Positions 1 to 10,530 of a stretch of DNA of 64,000 nucleotides are shown piece by piece; position 1 is the stretch's first letter; each line of letters starts with the position of its first letter. The stretch is from Gloeobacterales cyanobacterium (GTDB lineage Bacteria; Cyanobacteriota; Cyanobacteriia; Gloeobacterales; PMM-0068). The notes below the pieces were generated by a model, which was given only the letters and a program-made list of their open reading frames with translations, ran no database searches and was not told the DNA's origin. The stretch is taken from assembly GCA_038245785.1 (NCBI GenBank), contig JBBRSB010000004.1, positions 1 through 64,000 of the forward strand, in the 5' to 3' direction. A program made the translations under genes and the position numbers.

Positions 1-12
1 GCTACCAAAGCG

Positions 13-300
13 CTAGGTTACTTCTTCGTTGGTGAAACGGACTACGCGGAGGCCTAAACTTTCTAGAATCAATGTGCGGTGCGCATCATAAGTTTGAGCC
101 TCTTCTGTAAAGTGGCTATTGCCGTCCACTGAACTCATCAGACAGTGCTCATGGATATAAAAATCTGCAATATAGCCTTCAAGAGGGCACCGGCGCCGAA
201 CTCGAAAAGGCAAGTATCGTAAGAATTCGTACCAGAGCTTACGCTCGGCGGGAGTAGGGCTACCCTGCATCTTACGGGCTCTAGAGATGAGCTTGTTCAT
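13..300 (-). pseudogene. DUF559 (Vsr-like very-short-patch) endonuclease, degenerate
   Basis: TPAERKLW..LR, YIADFY, VDGNSH and YDAHRT..LESLGLRVVRFTNEEV fit DUF559. The usual IEVDG reads SSVDG. The TAG at 13-15 looks premature because the homologous copy near 22310 reads TAT CGA TTT AGC there. Confidence 0.75.
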
Positions 301-362
301 ATAGTGTTCTCGCATCCCCTCGGTTCTAACCCTGCACCCGCAGCTTTCTCTCCCACGAAAAA

Positions 363-404
363 GCTCCCCTTTGAGGGGAGCTGTCCCGAAGGGACTGAGG
401 GGTT
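363..404. repeat. Double-hairpin REP-like repeat, copy A
   Basis: GCTCCCCTTTGAGGGGAGCTGTCCCGAAGGGACTGAGGGGTT; near-identical copies at 12045, 22220 and 22469; overlaps the pilQ stop codon. Confidence 0.9.
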
Positions 405-2427
405 ACTGCGGATTGACGCTGACCGTTGGTTGGCCAGAGGTGACAGGGTCTTTCATGATGTAGGGCGTGACCATCAAGACCGCTTCCCGCTTGCGATTCT
501 GGACAGAATCAATGCGGAAGAGACTACCAATAATGGGTAGGTCTCCCAAAATAGGTACTTTAGTGGTAGAGGTGAGGTCCTGATTCTGAAGCAAACCACC
601 GATAATAAACGTCTCTCCATCCCGCAGCCGGACCTTCTGGATGTCCAAGTTGCGGCGCGTCAAGAGCGTAATGATGTTGTTTTGAGCATCTCTATCTCTT
701 GAGGTGATCGAGCTGATTTCTGGCTTGAGAGACACATTCACGTAGCCATTATCATCAATCTGGAAGACTTCAGCTTTTAAGATAACCCCTGCTTTGTCTT
801 TCTCTATCGTGCTGGTAGTCAAGCCTGTAGCCGGATCTACCTGGATCTTGGTGCCTACTACCACATCATCGGTGATGTCGATTTTGGCAGAATTTCCCTT
901 ACTAAAGCTATCGGAAGATTGGACCAAAATCCGTGGTTCAGCCAGGACTTTAGATCGGTTAGCTACGATAGAGGCTTCAATGCGAGCTTGAATATTGGCG
1001 ACTGCAGCAGCGGCAGAGCTATCGAAAACTGCGGCAAATTTGTCTGCGACCCCACTGGGTCCAAAGGGTGTAGAGGTATCCAGACGTTGAATTGTGGGTG
1101 CTCCGCCCGCAAAGCTTTGCCCTGTGGCTAGGTTTATGGTCGAACCTGCATTGGTAGCGCTACTGGAAGTTGTTAGAAAGGGAGTAGTGCCTCCAAATCC
1201 TCCGTTGGAGAAGGTTCCAGTTCGGAACTGACCCAGGGAAGAACCAATGTTGATACCCAAATTCTCGTTGTCAGTCAGGTCAACATCGACCAATTTCACC
1301 GAAAGCAAGACCTGACGCTGACGGACATCCAGCTGAGAGATCTGAGCCGCTGCTACTTTCAATGCCCTAGCAGTACCGACCAAAGTTATAGAGTTGGTCC
1401 GGGCGTCTGGTTGGACAAACAGCTCTTCTTCGAGCTGAGTACTCAATTGTGTGATTTGAGGAACAACGGTTGCGACATCTGCTTGATTTAGGCGGAAGGT
1501 GCGAATAGAAGTTTGAATCAAGTCTTTCGGTAACTTCGCGCCAACCACAATGTTTTTATCAATTAAACGGGCTTTGAGGCCACTAAGTCTAAGTACTAGG
1601 TTAAAAGCATCTTCGACCGGGGCTTGTTTGAGGTCTAGCGTCACCGTAGCTTCGGTTACGTCTGGAGCGAACATGATGTTATAACCCGCTCGTCTTGCCA
1701 GGATTTGCAAGAAGGCTTTGGTTGGAACCGTTGCCCGTTCGATATTGACGATTTCAGGAGAGTTCAGTTTCACCGCAGATTCGACTGTGATATCGCCGAT
1801 GGCTACATCTCCCGTGGGAGGCGCTACCGCTCTTGCCGAAAACTTGCGGGGGCCTGTTTCACCATAAGTCCCAGGTTGTTTGAGGTCGACGGGCGTACTT
1901 ACCGTTGTCGTGGACTCTTTGTTGTCCGGTCGACGGGCTGCCACATCTGCTGTGGTGCTGCCTTGGGCTATCTGGCCTGCAGGACCAACATCAAAGCGAA
2001 GAGAATTAGGCAGAGTCTCCATGAGCGATAGCTTAGGAGCTGCTCCCCCTGTGCCCTTGACGGTCAGGCGGACCGTGCGGGGGTCCAGTTGCTGCGCTTC
2101 GACACTGCTAATCTTGTCGCTCGGCTTGGTCAAGGTGAAGGAGCGATTGTCGCCAATGCCTAAGCTCGTTTCGCGGATATCCACCACGTAGGTGTCACCT
2201 ACCGTATTTGAAACCACCTCAGGCTTGCTCGTGCTGCCAGTGAGGTTGAGCATCAGCACCTGACGCCCTGACTGGGTATCAACCCGAATGTCCGTAACTT
2301 TAGAACGAGTTGCTTGAGCTTGTACCGCTGCTGGGACGAGAACAACAGGGAAAACTACACCTAAAAAGACACTTACAGATAGAGCCAAAGTTGCGGCTAC
2401 CTGCTTTTGCACTCCTTGCACAAACAT
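403..2427 (-). CDS. pilQ: Type IV pilus secretin with N-terminal AMIN domain
   Basis: Signal peptide, AMIN-like region, secretin C-terminus (DGETFIIGGL..KVPILGDLPIIGSLF); last gene of the pilMNOP cluster. Confidence 0.93.
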   Translation of the reverse strand: MFVQGVQKQVAATLALSVSVFLGVVFPVVLVPAAVQAQATRSKVTDIRVDTQSGRQVLMLNLTGSTSKPEVVSNTVGDTYVVDIRETSLGIGDNRSFTLTKPSDKISSVEAQQLDPRTVRLTVKGTGGAAPKLSLMETLPNSLRFDVGPAGQIAQGSTTADVAARRPDNKESTTTVSTPVDLKQPGTYGETGPRKFSARAVAPPTGDVAIGDITVESAVKLNSPEIVNIERATVPTKAFLQILARRAGYNIMFAPDVTEATVTLDLKQAPVEDAFNLVLRLSGLKARLIDKNIVVGAKLPKDLIQTSIRTFRLNQADVATVVPQITQLSTQLEEELFVQPDARTNSITLVGTARALKVAAAQISQLDVRQRQVLLSVKLVDVDLTDNENLGINIGSSLGQFRTGTFSNGGFGGTTPFLTTSSSATNAGSTINLATGQSFAGGAPTIQRLDTSTPFGPSGVADKFAAVFDSSAAAAVANIQARIEASIVANRSKVLAEPRILVQSSDSFSKGNSAKIDITDDVVVGTKIQVDPATGLTTSTIEKDKAGVILKAEVFQIDDNGYVNVSLKPEISSITSRDRDAQNNIITLLTRRNLDIQKVRLRDGETFIIGGLLQNQDLTSTTKVPILGDLPIIGSLFRIDSVQNRKREAVLMVTPYIMKDPVTSGQPTVSVNPQ

Positions 2428-2457
2428 GACAATCAGTCTCCAACAGACGGTTAAAAA

Positions 2458-3198
2458 TTAAGGACTAGCTGCGACATTGCGGACGATATCTTGACCCTTC
2501 TCCCGGAAGGTGATGGTGTGGGCTGAGGGTGAGATGTTCACAACTTGCACCTGTTCAGGGCTGTCGAGGTACTCTCCGGCTCTGAGAATTTCATCTCCCC
2601 CTTCATGGCCAACTACCACATAGGCATCTTGCTGTACCTGAAAAATTCCTTTGATTGGAATCGTAGAGGCTACGGGGCCAGGTGCGGCGGGGGCCACTGC
2701 CGTTGGCAGGGGAGGGGGTGGAGGAGGTCCTATGGGAGGCTTAGAAGCAACGGGCGGGGGAGGCGTAGGGGCGGGTGCCGCTGCACTTTTGAAAGGGTCT
2801 TCTCTCCCGGCAATCTTAATCGCCTGATTGGTCAAGAATTGGGCATTAGAAGCGGGGATCAAAGCTCTAGAGGCCGTTGGGGTGGGAGTAGGTGCCATGG
2901 TCTGAGATGAGGCCACAGGCTCCTTAGAAATTGCTTCCGTCCGAGGAGTACTAGCCGTCGGGGGAGCACTAGCCGTTGGGTCCTTGGATGGTGTGGCCGC
3001 CGTCACTGGGCTGGCTGACGCTGCGACGGGGGTAGGTTCAGCCGCCGTAGGAGAAGCAGTACTGGAGCTATTCCAAAAGTAATAACCTCCGGCAAGGACT
3101 AGGGTTGCTCCTAGGACTGCCAGCATCGCTGGGCTAACCTGCGATTTAGTATCTTTTGGATCCTGAGGCGATTGAAAATCAAAATCTTGGTCGTTCAT
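2458..3198 (-). CDS. Pro/Ala-rich membrane-anchored PilP-like protein
   Basis: One TM helix, GREDPF motif, C-terminal beta domain; lies between pilO and pilQ. Confidence 0.7.
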   Translation of the reverse strand: MNDQDFDFQSPQDPKDTKSQVSPAMLAVLGATLVLAGGYYFWNSSSTASPTAAEPTPVAASASPVTAATPSKDPTASAPPTASTPRTEAISKEPVASSQTMAPTPTPTASRALIPASNAQFLTNQAIKIAGREDPFKSAAAPAPTPPPPVASKPPIGPPPPPPLPTAVAPAAPGPVASTIPIKGIFQVQQDAYVVVGHEGGDEILRAGEYLDSPEQVQVVNISPSAHTITFREKGQDIVRNVAASP

Positions 3199-3210
3199 AG
3201 AAGTTGGCCG

Positions 3211-3924
3211 TTATTTTGAAGGGGCAGAAGAACTCGTGGGAGCAGGAGTGCGGGCAGGTGTCGTCAAAGATGAAGGCAGTAGGGCTGGTGCAGCATTAGT
3301 AGGTGCGGGTGCAGCTGCCACCGGTGCAGCAGGGGCCGCATCGCTTATGAGATAGGCCACTAGATCGAAATCCACCTGGAGTAAGTCCGCTCTGTCTTTT
3401 TGTCCGGTGGGCTTGAGGGACAAATTTTCAATTCTGAGCAGTTGCTCTAATCGTTCAACATCTTGGAGAACCTTGAGCACTTGGGGAAAATTACCCTTAA
3501 GGCTGACTTTATTCACTACTCTTTGCAGGTTATTTAACCCTTTCACTTCCTGGCTTGCCGTAGCTTGCCCTGGCGTAAACTTGATTAACTTCGCCCCGGC
3601 TCCCTCCACAATTTGCGTGGTATCAATCAGCAAGGTGGAGATATCAAAATTCCTGGGGATGGAGCCAGCAATACGACTAAACGTTGCTTTGACGCGATTT
3701 AGTTCTTCTGGAACCGTAGCAAGGCTCGTTAGCTCTTGGGTTTTGGTCGCTTTCTCTTGAGTTTTCTGCTCAATTTGGCCTTGGAGTTCCTGATTCTGAG
3801 CGTAGAGCGGAGCAACCAGATTGTAGCCAAGGACTCCAATCACCAGAGCCCCACCGACGCCAGCCAAAAGCGTTATTGTCTTTTGGTCCAATTCCAAACC
3901 AAATATTTTAGTACTGGTAGTCAT
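3211..3924 (-). CDS. pilO: Type IV pilus assembly protein PilO
   Basis: TM helix, coiled coil, LKGNFPQVLKVLQDVERLEQLLRI motif; operon position. Confidence 0.85.
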   Translation of the reverse strand: MTTSTKIFGLELDQKTITLLAGVGGALVIGVLGYNLVAPLYAQNQELQGQIEQKTQEKATKTQELTSLATVPEELNRVKATFSRIAGSIPRNFDISTLLIDTTQIVEGAGAKLIKFTPGQATASQEVKGLNNLQRVVNKVSLKGNFPQVLKVLQDVERLEQLLRIENLSLKPTGQKDRADLLQVDFDLVAYLISDAAPAAPVAAAPAPTNAAPALLPSSLTTPARTPAPTSSSAPSK

Positions 3925-4619
3925 CGGATACTCTCCTGTTGTAAGCGACGCAATTTTTCAAGTAAGCCTACTGAGTTAGTCTCTTCTAAGGTTTTGCGGA
4001 CTTCATCCAGCTTTTGCTGTCTGAGATTGACATCCACGGAGTAACTAACGGTAGAAGGCTGGTCCTTGGTGGCTTCAGTGAGACTGGTTTCCCCAAGTGT
4101 CACCTGCGAAATAAAGGGCGACTGCTTTAGCGTCAGCTCAAAGTTGGCTACTTGCTTAAAATTTAGAGCTCTTCCCTTGATTTTGAGTAGATCTTCTTTG
4201 GTTGCGTCTGTAGCTTTTGTCGTGACAAAATCTTCGAGCCAGACTCCTTGGGGTACTTTGCGGCGAATATCTTCCACCACACTGGACCACGGTCTTGATA
4301 AGTCATACAAACCAACCACGGCCTGGACTTGGTCGCGGTTTTCCTGGAGTTCTTTCTGCTGATTGCGCAGTCCGGCTAGCTGACCTTCTAAGCCGGAAAC
4401 ATCAGCCGTTAAGGTGGTGACTTCGTTTTGCTTCGCGGCGAGCTGGCCTCCGAAGAAAACATAGCTCCCAGCAGATAGGACCAAAATAGCCAGAGGAATC
4501 GCGGCTGCCAGAATTAAAGGAGTATTGTTGTTGCCTTCCCCACCGTAATCATTGGTGAAGCTTGCCCCTTCCATATTCGGGTTGCGGTCTTTGAGGAAAT
4601 TAATTTCAGGTACAAACAT
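3921..4619 (-). CDS. pilN: Type IV pilus assembly protein PilN
   Basis: EINFL motif, TM helix, coiled coil, WS..EDIRRKVPQGVWL. Confidence 0.88.
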   Translation of the reverse strand: MFVPEINFLKDRNPNMEGASFTNDYGGEGNNNTPLILAAAIPLAILVLSAGSYVFFGGQLAAKQNEVTTLTADVSGLEGQLAGLRNQQKELQENRDQVQAVVGLYDLSRPWSSVVEDIRRKVPQGVWLEDFVTTKATDATKEDLLKIKGRALNFKQVANFELTLKQSPFISQVTLGETSLTEATKDQPSTVSYSVDVNLRQQKLDEVRKTLEETNSVGLLEKLRRLQQESIR

Positions 4620-4642
4620 GGTGACTACTGACTACTCCGTAT

Positions 4643-5755
4643 CTATAAATTCCTGAGACCTAGACCAAGCACGGTGCCGATGGAAGGGCGGTTCTCTTCC
4701 GAGACGGAGTTACTGTCCGGTAGCGCCAAAATCGAAACTGGATCCAAACGGGTAGCAGGAAGGTTGAGGCGCTGGGCGAGATATTGATCCATCTGGTTCA
4801 TGGTTGCTCCAGGGCCCGCCAACAAAAGATGGGAAAGAGGAGCGACTTCGCCTTGAGAAAGGTAGAAGTCCAAAGACCGCTGAATCTCTTCAGTAAGTTC
4901 CGTGAGGATGCGACGCAAGGCGGCGAGTCCACGTCCTGAGAAAGATTGGTCATCGGCATTGCCTGTGACCTGGCTACTCAGAGGAGGAGTAAGACTCTGC
5001 AACAAGCTAGAAGCCTGTCCAGGAGGGAGGTCTAAAGCTCTACTCAAAGTCTCTTTGAATTCCCAGGTGCCGATCGGAATCGTCCGTGTGAACCGAGGAA
5101 TTCCCTTAACCAGGATGCTCAGTTCTGTGACTTCCGCCTGAATGACGACAAGGGCCAGCGCTTCTTCGGGAGAAAATTCTAAGAGCTTAGAACGAATCGC
5201 TCGAATCAGGGCAAAGCTGGAAATATCGATCACTTGAGGGACGAGGTCAGCTTGCTCAATCGCTTGAATATAACTTTCCACAATCGAACGGGGGGCGGCA
5301 GTCAGCAGTACTTCCTGCCTGCGGACTCCATCAGGGTCTACTACTTCTTCGAGGGGTTGATAGTCCACATAGGCTTCGTGCCGGGGGAAGGGCAGATAGA
5401 GTTCCGCTTCTTGATTGAGGACGACTTCTCTCAGTTCAGCTGCTTGCAGATCTGCCGGTAGAGGAATCAGACGAATGACTGCCTCACGGGTTGGGATAGC
5501 GGTGGCAACTTGTTTGCCCTTGATATTGTTGCTTTGGAACAAATCTTGAATGATAGCTGAAACGGCCGCGATGTCTTCTACTTGGCCTTCCACTACCGCT
5601 CCTGCAGGGGTTGGAGCACTGACCAAATGCTTAAGGTCATACTGTTGTCCAGCCCGGCGGACCAATTGAGCGACCGTAATCTGGTCCTGTGTGATTTCGA
5701 TGCCCAAACCAGAACCGCCACGGTTAGGAAGTAGCCTCTTAAAAATGTTTTCCAC
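4643..5755 (-). CDS. pilM: Type IV pilus assembly protein PilM
   Basis: LGIEIT, EAELYLPF, EIQRSLDFY, LLLAGPGA and LGLGLR motifs; GTG start at 5755 preferred (ORF open to 5764). Confidence 0.92.
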   Translation of the reverse strand: MENIFKRLLPNRGGSGLGIEITQDQITVAQLVRRAGQQYDLKHLVSAPTPAGAVVEGQVEDIAAVSAIIQDLFQSNNIKGKQVATAIPTREAVIRLIPLPADLQAAELREVVLNQEAELYLPFPRHEAYVDYQPLEEVVDPDGVRRQEVLLTAAPRSIVESYIQAIEQADLVPQVIDISSFALIRAIRSKLLEFSPEEALALVVIQAEVTELSILVKGIPRFTRTIPIGTWEFKETLSRALDLPPGQASSLLQSLTPPLSSQVTGNADDQSFSGRGLAALRRILTELTEEIQRSLDFYLSQGEVAPLSHLLLAGPGATMNQMDQYLAQRLNLPATRLDPVSILALPDSNSVSEENRPSIGTVLGLGLRNL

Positions 5756-5853
5756 CCTACACAAAACCCCACTCAGAGGACATTTCTTACACCTTGTCTC
5801 GGTTACTAACTAGTAGAACAATCGCTTGAAAAGTTTTCTACTTCGTAGCCCTC

Positions 5854-6681
5854 TCACCATCCAATCAAGTTAAGATAGCCACTGACTAAAACATCTTGGG
5901 CGAATAAACTTACTATTCCCCCAAAGACTAAAAATGGACCAAAAGGAAAAACTTCTCCCTGTTTTATCCATTTCAAGGTTATAGCCAGCACCCCTCCTAT
6001 GGCTCCTGAAAGAAAGCCGACGGCAAGAGCGACAAGCAATCCTTGCCAACCGAGCCATGCTCCTAACATCGCAGCAAGTTTAGCATCCCCACCTCCCATA
6101 CCTTCTTTACCCAAGAGCTTTTCACTGCCGTAGGAAAGAAGATCAAAGAGGCCCAGGGCGAAGACGATCCCCCAGAGGCTCTGCATCAGACCATGAGAAG
6201 CTTGATTGCCATCATGGGTAATCAGAAGAGGCACTAAAGTATGAAAAAGAACCCCCAGCGCCACGAAGGGCCGGGTAATCTCATCGGGCAATTCCATGGT
6301 GTCCCAGTCCACTAAGGCCAAGGAAACCAGGGCTGCAGTCCAGAGTGAGTAGCCAATCACGGCGCCCCAACCAGAGGACATTCCAACCTGGCCCGACAGG
6401 GCTACCCCGATGAAAAGAAGGGCCATCAGCGCTTCTACCAGAGGATAACGCGCTGAAATTGGGGCTTGGCAGTTTTTGCAGCGCCCTTTTAGGAGGAGCC
6501 ATCCCAAGATAGGGATGTTCTCCGTGGGACCCAAAGTGCTATTGCAAGAGGGACAGCGGGAAGGAGGGTATACCAAAGAGATGCCCAAGGGCAAGCGGTA
6601 GGCTACTACATTGACAAAACTGCCAATACAAGCTCCCACTGTCCCCCAAAGAATCAGCGATGCGAAGTCTGCAACGCCCAT
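5854..6681 (-). CDS. pilD: Prepilin peptidase
   Basis: IGSFVNVVAYRLP, two CxxC pairs, GMGGGDAKL, PFGPFL. Confidence 0.95.
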   Translation of the reverse strand: MGVADFASLILWGTVGACIGSFVNVVAYRLPLGISLVYPPSRCPSCNSTLGPTENIPILGWLLLKGRCKNCQAPISARYPLVEALMALLFIGVALSGQVGMSSGWGAVIGYSLWTAALVSLALVDWDTMELPDEITRPFVALGVLFHTLVPLLITHDGNQASHGLMQSLWGIVFALGLFDLLSYGSEKLLGKEGMGGGDAKLAAMLGAWLGWQGLLVALAVGFLSGAIGGVLAITLKWIKQGEVFPFGPFLVFGGIVSLFAQDVLVSGYLNLIGW

Positions 6682-6821
6682 AAAGCCCTTGATACTTGAC
6701 TCATACTGTCCTTCAGTGTACCCAGTAGACCCGTACAGATACCAGAAAGCAGGGGTTAAATTACGGAAAGCTCATGGATTCAAAGCGATAACTTATAATT
6801 CGGGGGCACAGTACTCCGTGA

Positions 6822-8156
6822 ATGTACATGGCTTTAGTAAGGGTTATTGGCGCTGGTTTGGCGGGGACAGAATGTGCTTGGCAAATTGCTCAGGCCGGGG
6901 TTCCCGTGATCCTTTCAGAAATGCGCCCGATCCAAAAAAGTCCTGCTCACCATACGGAGCATGTAGCGGAGTTGGTCTGCTCTAATTCCTTTGGTGCTTT
7001 GGGCAGTGACCGCGCTCCTGGCCTACTAAAAGAAGAACTTCGCCGTTTAGGGTCTCTGGTCATTCAAGTGGCGGATGAATATGCTGTGCCAGCAGGAGGA
7101 GCGCTAGCCGTAGACCGCGCAGTGTTCAGTCAAAAACTGACAGAAATTTTGCAAAACCATCCTCTAATCGATTTTCGTAGGGAAGAAATTACCCAGATTC
7201 CTGAAGACGATATCGTTGTCCTCGCTACAGGACCGCTAACTAGTGACCCCCTTGCTCAGGCTCTAGAGCACTTTACCGGACTGGAATATCTCAGCTTTTT
7301 TGATGCAGCCAGCCCGATTATTGATGGCGAGTCCATCGATCGTGAACGGGCTTTCCTGGCTTCTCGCTATGACCGAGGAGAAGCAGCGTACTTAAATTGC
7401 CCGATGACCGAAGCAGAGTATGGGGCCTTCTGGGAGGCCCTGATTGAAGCCGAGCAAGCGCCCCTCAAAGACTTTGAAGATCTAGCCTCCCGGAAATTTT
7501 TTGAAGCCTGCTTACCCGTGGAAGAAATTGCCCGCCGAGGCTTTGAATCCCTCCGCTATGGCCCGCTCAAGCCTGTAGGGCTGGACGATCCGAGAACAGG
7601 GCGTTGGCCCTACGCGATCGTTCAACTGCGGATGGAAGACCGTCAGGGTAAGCTTTGGAATCTGGTGGGATTCCAAACTAATCTTAAGTGGGGCGAACAA
7701 CAACGGGTTTTTCGGATGATTCCCGGCCTGGAAGAAGCTCAGTTCGTGCGGCTGGGGGTTATGCATCGCAATACCTTCCTCTGCGCGCCCAAACTGCTTC
7801 GTCCGACCCTCCAGTTCCATAAAGCGCCCACTGTTTTGGCAGCTGGTCAACTAACGGGCACGGAGGGCTATACGCCTGCGGTAGCAGGGGGATGGCTCGC
7901 AGGGACAAATGCTGCCCTCTTAGCAAAGGGGGAAACCCCGATTACTCTTCCAATCACCACCATGTTAGGAGCGCTTGTTCAATACATCACCAGTGCTGAA
8001 CCCAAGCATTTTCAGCCTATGCCTCCCAACTTTGGCATCATGCCGGACCTACCTCAAAAAATTCGCAACAAAGTGGATCGTTATCGAGCCTATCGGGACC
8101 GAGCGCTCACAGATTTGAAGCAAATTTCTGTAGCTAAACGTACCCTTACTGGATAG
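6822..8156 (+). CDS. trmFO: Folate/FAD-dependent tRNA m5U54 methyltransferase
   Basis: [43 protein letters not shown]; start may be 6828. Confidence 0.96.
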   Translation: MYMALVRVIGAGLAGTECAWQIAQAGVPVILSEMRPIQKSPAHHTEHVAELVCSNSFGALGSDRAPGLLKEELRRLGSLVIQVADEYAVPAGGALAVDRAVFSQKLTEILQNHPLIDFRREEITQIPEDDIVVLATGPLTSDPLAQALEHFTGLEYLSFFDAASPIIDGESIDRERAFLASRYDRGEAAYLNCPMTEAEYGAFWEALIEAEQAPLKDFEDLASRKFFEACLPVEEIARRGFESLRYGPLKPVGLDDPRTGRWPYAIVQLRMEDRQGKLWNLVGFQTNLKWGEQQRVFRMIPGLEEAQFVRLGVMHRNTFLCAPKLLRPTLQFHKAPTVLAAGQLTGTEGYTPAVAGGWLAGTNAALLAKGETPITLPITTMLGALVQYITSAEPKHFQPMPPNFGIMPDLPQKIRNKVDRYRAYRDRALTDLKQISVAKRTLTG

Positions 8157-8347
8157 TACGCATAAGAACAAAGGTCAGGAATTTTACCTCAGTATAACTA
8201 CTGGTAAACTTTGCGTAAGTTACGGATGCTTGCTGCTAGTTATTTTCTTACTATTAGTAACGAGAAGAACAGGATACGCCCGGCTATCAATATTTCATTT
8301 TTGAAGTAGAAATAGCTGGGCATTTATTTTGCCCGATGAGCTGCGTT

Positions 8348-9643
8348 TCAACTAATCCGCTGCAACTGTGCCCCGATCATCCGCAATTTTTCTTCAATCC
8401 GGTCATAGCCCCGGTCTAGATACTGCAAGCCCGCTACGTGAGTTTCTCCCTGAGCCGCTAAGCCTGCAAGAATTAGGGCTGCTGAAGCTCTAAGGTCTGT
8501 GGCATCTACCGGTGCTCCAGAGAGGAAGGGAACTCCTTTGACGATGGCATGGTTAGAGCGGATCTTGATGTCGGCTCCCATTCGATTCAGCTCCGAGGCA
8601 TGCTGCATCCGATTTTCAAACACCGTCTCACTAATCAGGCTGGTCCCTTCTCCTACGGCTAAAAGAGCCATGAAGAGGGCCTGCATATCTGTGGGGAAAC
8701 CTGGGAAGGGTAAGGTCTCAATGTGGACTTCTCTGCGCTCACGGGCAGGTCCTATCCTCAGATGATTAAGCCCCTCGGGTTCCACGGAATAGCCAATTTC
8801 TCTTAATTTAGCAATGGGCGCTGTCAAATGGTCTGTGAGTACAGGACCAACCACAATCGAAGAATTGGTAATCGCTCCGGCAATCAAGAAAGTTCCTGCT
8901 TCTATGCGGTCAGGAATAATCCCGTATTCAGTCCCATGCAGGCGGGGAACGCCGCTAATAACAATTGTCTTGGTGCCTGCCCCGCGAATCTTCGCGCCTA
9001 GGGAACGACAAAATCCTGCAAGGTCAGAAACTTCAGGTTCTTGCGCACAATTTTCTAAAATCGTTTCTCCCTCGGCAAGGGTCGCTGCCATCATCAAGGT
9101 TTCGGTGGCACCGACACTGGGATAGTCCAAATAAATTTTTGCTCCTTTGAGCTTGCGGGCATGGGCTTCTACCACTCCGTGCTCAATGCGCACATCGGCT
9201 CCCATAGCTTGCAGTCCGCGCACATGAAGCTCAACCGGTCTTGCCCCAATCGCACATCCTCCGGGAAGAGGCACTCGCGCCATGCCAAAGCGGGCCAACA
9301 GTGGACCCAAAATAAAGAAGCTTGCCCGTAGACGGCTGACCAACTCATAAGGCGCTTTGTATGACTTAATACTTCCGGCATCAATTTCGAGCCAACCCTC
9401 TCCGAAGCTAACTTTGGCCCCCAAGGCTCCCAAAACTTGGGACATCGTATCGATATCCATTAGCTTAGGAATGTTGGTGATGCGACAGGGCTCGGGACTT
9501 AAGATTGTTCCAGCCATAATGGCAAGGGCTGCATTTTTGGCCCCACTAACTGGAATAAATCCAGAAAGAGGACGTCCTCCAACAATCTTTAAGACAGGTT
9601 GGGACTGCTGAGTTAGGGGTTCAACAGAGAGCGTTGATGTCAA
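8348..9643 (-). CDS. murA: UDP-N-acetylglucosamine 1-carboxyvinyltransferase
   Basis: [43 protein letters not shown] start after GAGG (ORF open to 9688). Confidence 0.96.
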   Translation of the reverse strand: MTSTLSVEPLTQQSQPVLKIVGGRPLSGFIPVSGAKNAALAIMAGTILSPEPCRITNIPKLMDIDTMSQVLGALGAKVSFGEGWLEIDAGSIKSYKAPYELVSRLRASFFILGPLLARFGMARVPLPGGCAIGARPVELHVRGLQAMGADVRIEHGVVEAHARKLKGAKIYLDYPSVGATETLMMAATLAEGETILENCAQEPEVSDLAGFCRSLGAKIRGAGTKTIVISGVPRLHGTEYGIIPDRIEAGTFLIAGAITNSSIVVGPVLTDHLTAPIAKLREIGYSVEPEGLNHLRIGPARERREVHIETLPFPGFPTDMQALFMALLAVGEGTSLISETVFENRMQHASELNRMGADIKIRSNHAIVKGVPFLSGAPVDATDLRASAALILAGLAAQGETHVAGLQYLDRGYDRIEEKLRMIGAQLQRIS

Positions 9644-9846
9644 TTTTTTTTCCTCACACGGGTCAAGCTTGTTAGATTCTAACGGCAATGTTGTCTTCTT
9701 TGTTATCGGTTTGCATCTTTTTGTACGCTTTTAGATACTTTCTTAATAGATCTCTAAAACGTCTCTAAAGAATGCTGCAAATCTGATGACACTGGAGTTT
9801 CGCACTGAGTTGTGAATTCTCTATGAAGAACGTTTGTTGTTTCTAT

Positions 9847-9875
9847 GAAAAAGCCTCTGGAAACCCAGAGGCTTT
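9847..9875 (-). terminator. Rho-independent terminator of 6S RNA
   Basis: Minus strand AAAGCCTCTGG-GTTT-CCAGAGGCTTTTT. Confidence 0.8.
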
Positions 9876-10055
9876 AAACCCGCAACGCCGTTTTACCTCT
9901 TGTGGACGACCTGGAGTACCAGGGGGGGAATCACGGCTGTCTTTTAGAGGATACAGAACTTGTCTGCCATGCTCACCAGAACACGCTCTCGACTCCCATG
10001 CACATGAAGTTATAGACCGAGCAACATGATGGCAGTCACCAACGCCACAGGCTTC
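9876..10055 (-). ncRNA. ssrS: 6S RNA (cyanobacterial SsaA/6Sa type)
   Basis: About 180 nt; 5' GCCTGTGGCGTTG pairs with 3' CGGCGTTGCGGGT; resembles cyanobacterial 6Sa (GGTGACTGCCATC, GAGGTAAAACGGCGTTGCGG); -10 box TATGAT at 10060-10065; terminator follows. Confidence 0.85.
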
Positions 10056-10107
10056 CGCTATCATACCCGATAGAAGCTAGCCTCTATCAGACAGTTGGGG
10101 ACGGAAA

Positions 10108-10404
10108 TTAGAATAGCTCTGATTCTTGCTCTGTCAGAATTGTGCAATCAGAACAAGGATAGGCAATACAGGTCAAGATAAATCCTGCGGCTCGCTGTTC
10201 CTCGGTCAAAATGGTGCCCTCATCTTGGTTGGCAGTGCCTTCGGTGAGGCGTCCAGTACAGACGGAGCAAACGCCTGTACGGCAGGAATAGGGTAAGGTC
10301 ATCCCTTGTTGCTCAACTACTTCTAAAATCTTTTGGTCTTCTTTGACTTGGAAGGTACGGTCAAGGCCTTTTTTCTCATTGATTAAACGCACCGCATAAG
10401 TCAT
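10108..10404 (-). CDS. Plant-type [2Fe-2S] ferredoxin
   Basis: LPYSCRTGVCSVC..ILTCIAYPCSDCTILT. Confidence 0.93.
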   Translation of the reverse strand: MTYAVRLINEKKGLDRTFQVKEDQKILEVVEQQGMTLPYSCRTGVCSVCTGRLTEGTANQDEGTILTEEQRAAGFILTCIAYPCSDCTILTEQESELF

Positions 10405-10530
10405 GGCAAGTTTTATGGATAGGGATACCATGCGACATCGTAACTCTTAATCTCGTATGCTGGGAGTCTGATGATTCCAAGAACTTACAAGTTCTTATAG
10501 AACTGGAATCAAGTTTTTAGGATTGCTCTC

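Noticed and set aside
304..540. ORFs containing LPFEGSCPEGTEG or a variant (304-540, 12043-12249, 22073-22372, 22336-22548)
   Set aside because: These are translations of the 44-bp DNA repeat, not a protein family
2670..3060. G-rich low-complexity stretch
   Set aside because: Explained by Pro/Ala-rich linkers of the PilP-like protein
9823..10064. ORFs 9823-10029 and 9843-10064
   Set aside because: They overlap the 6S RNA and show no protein features
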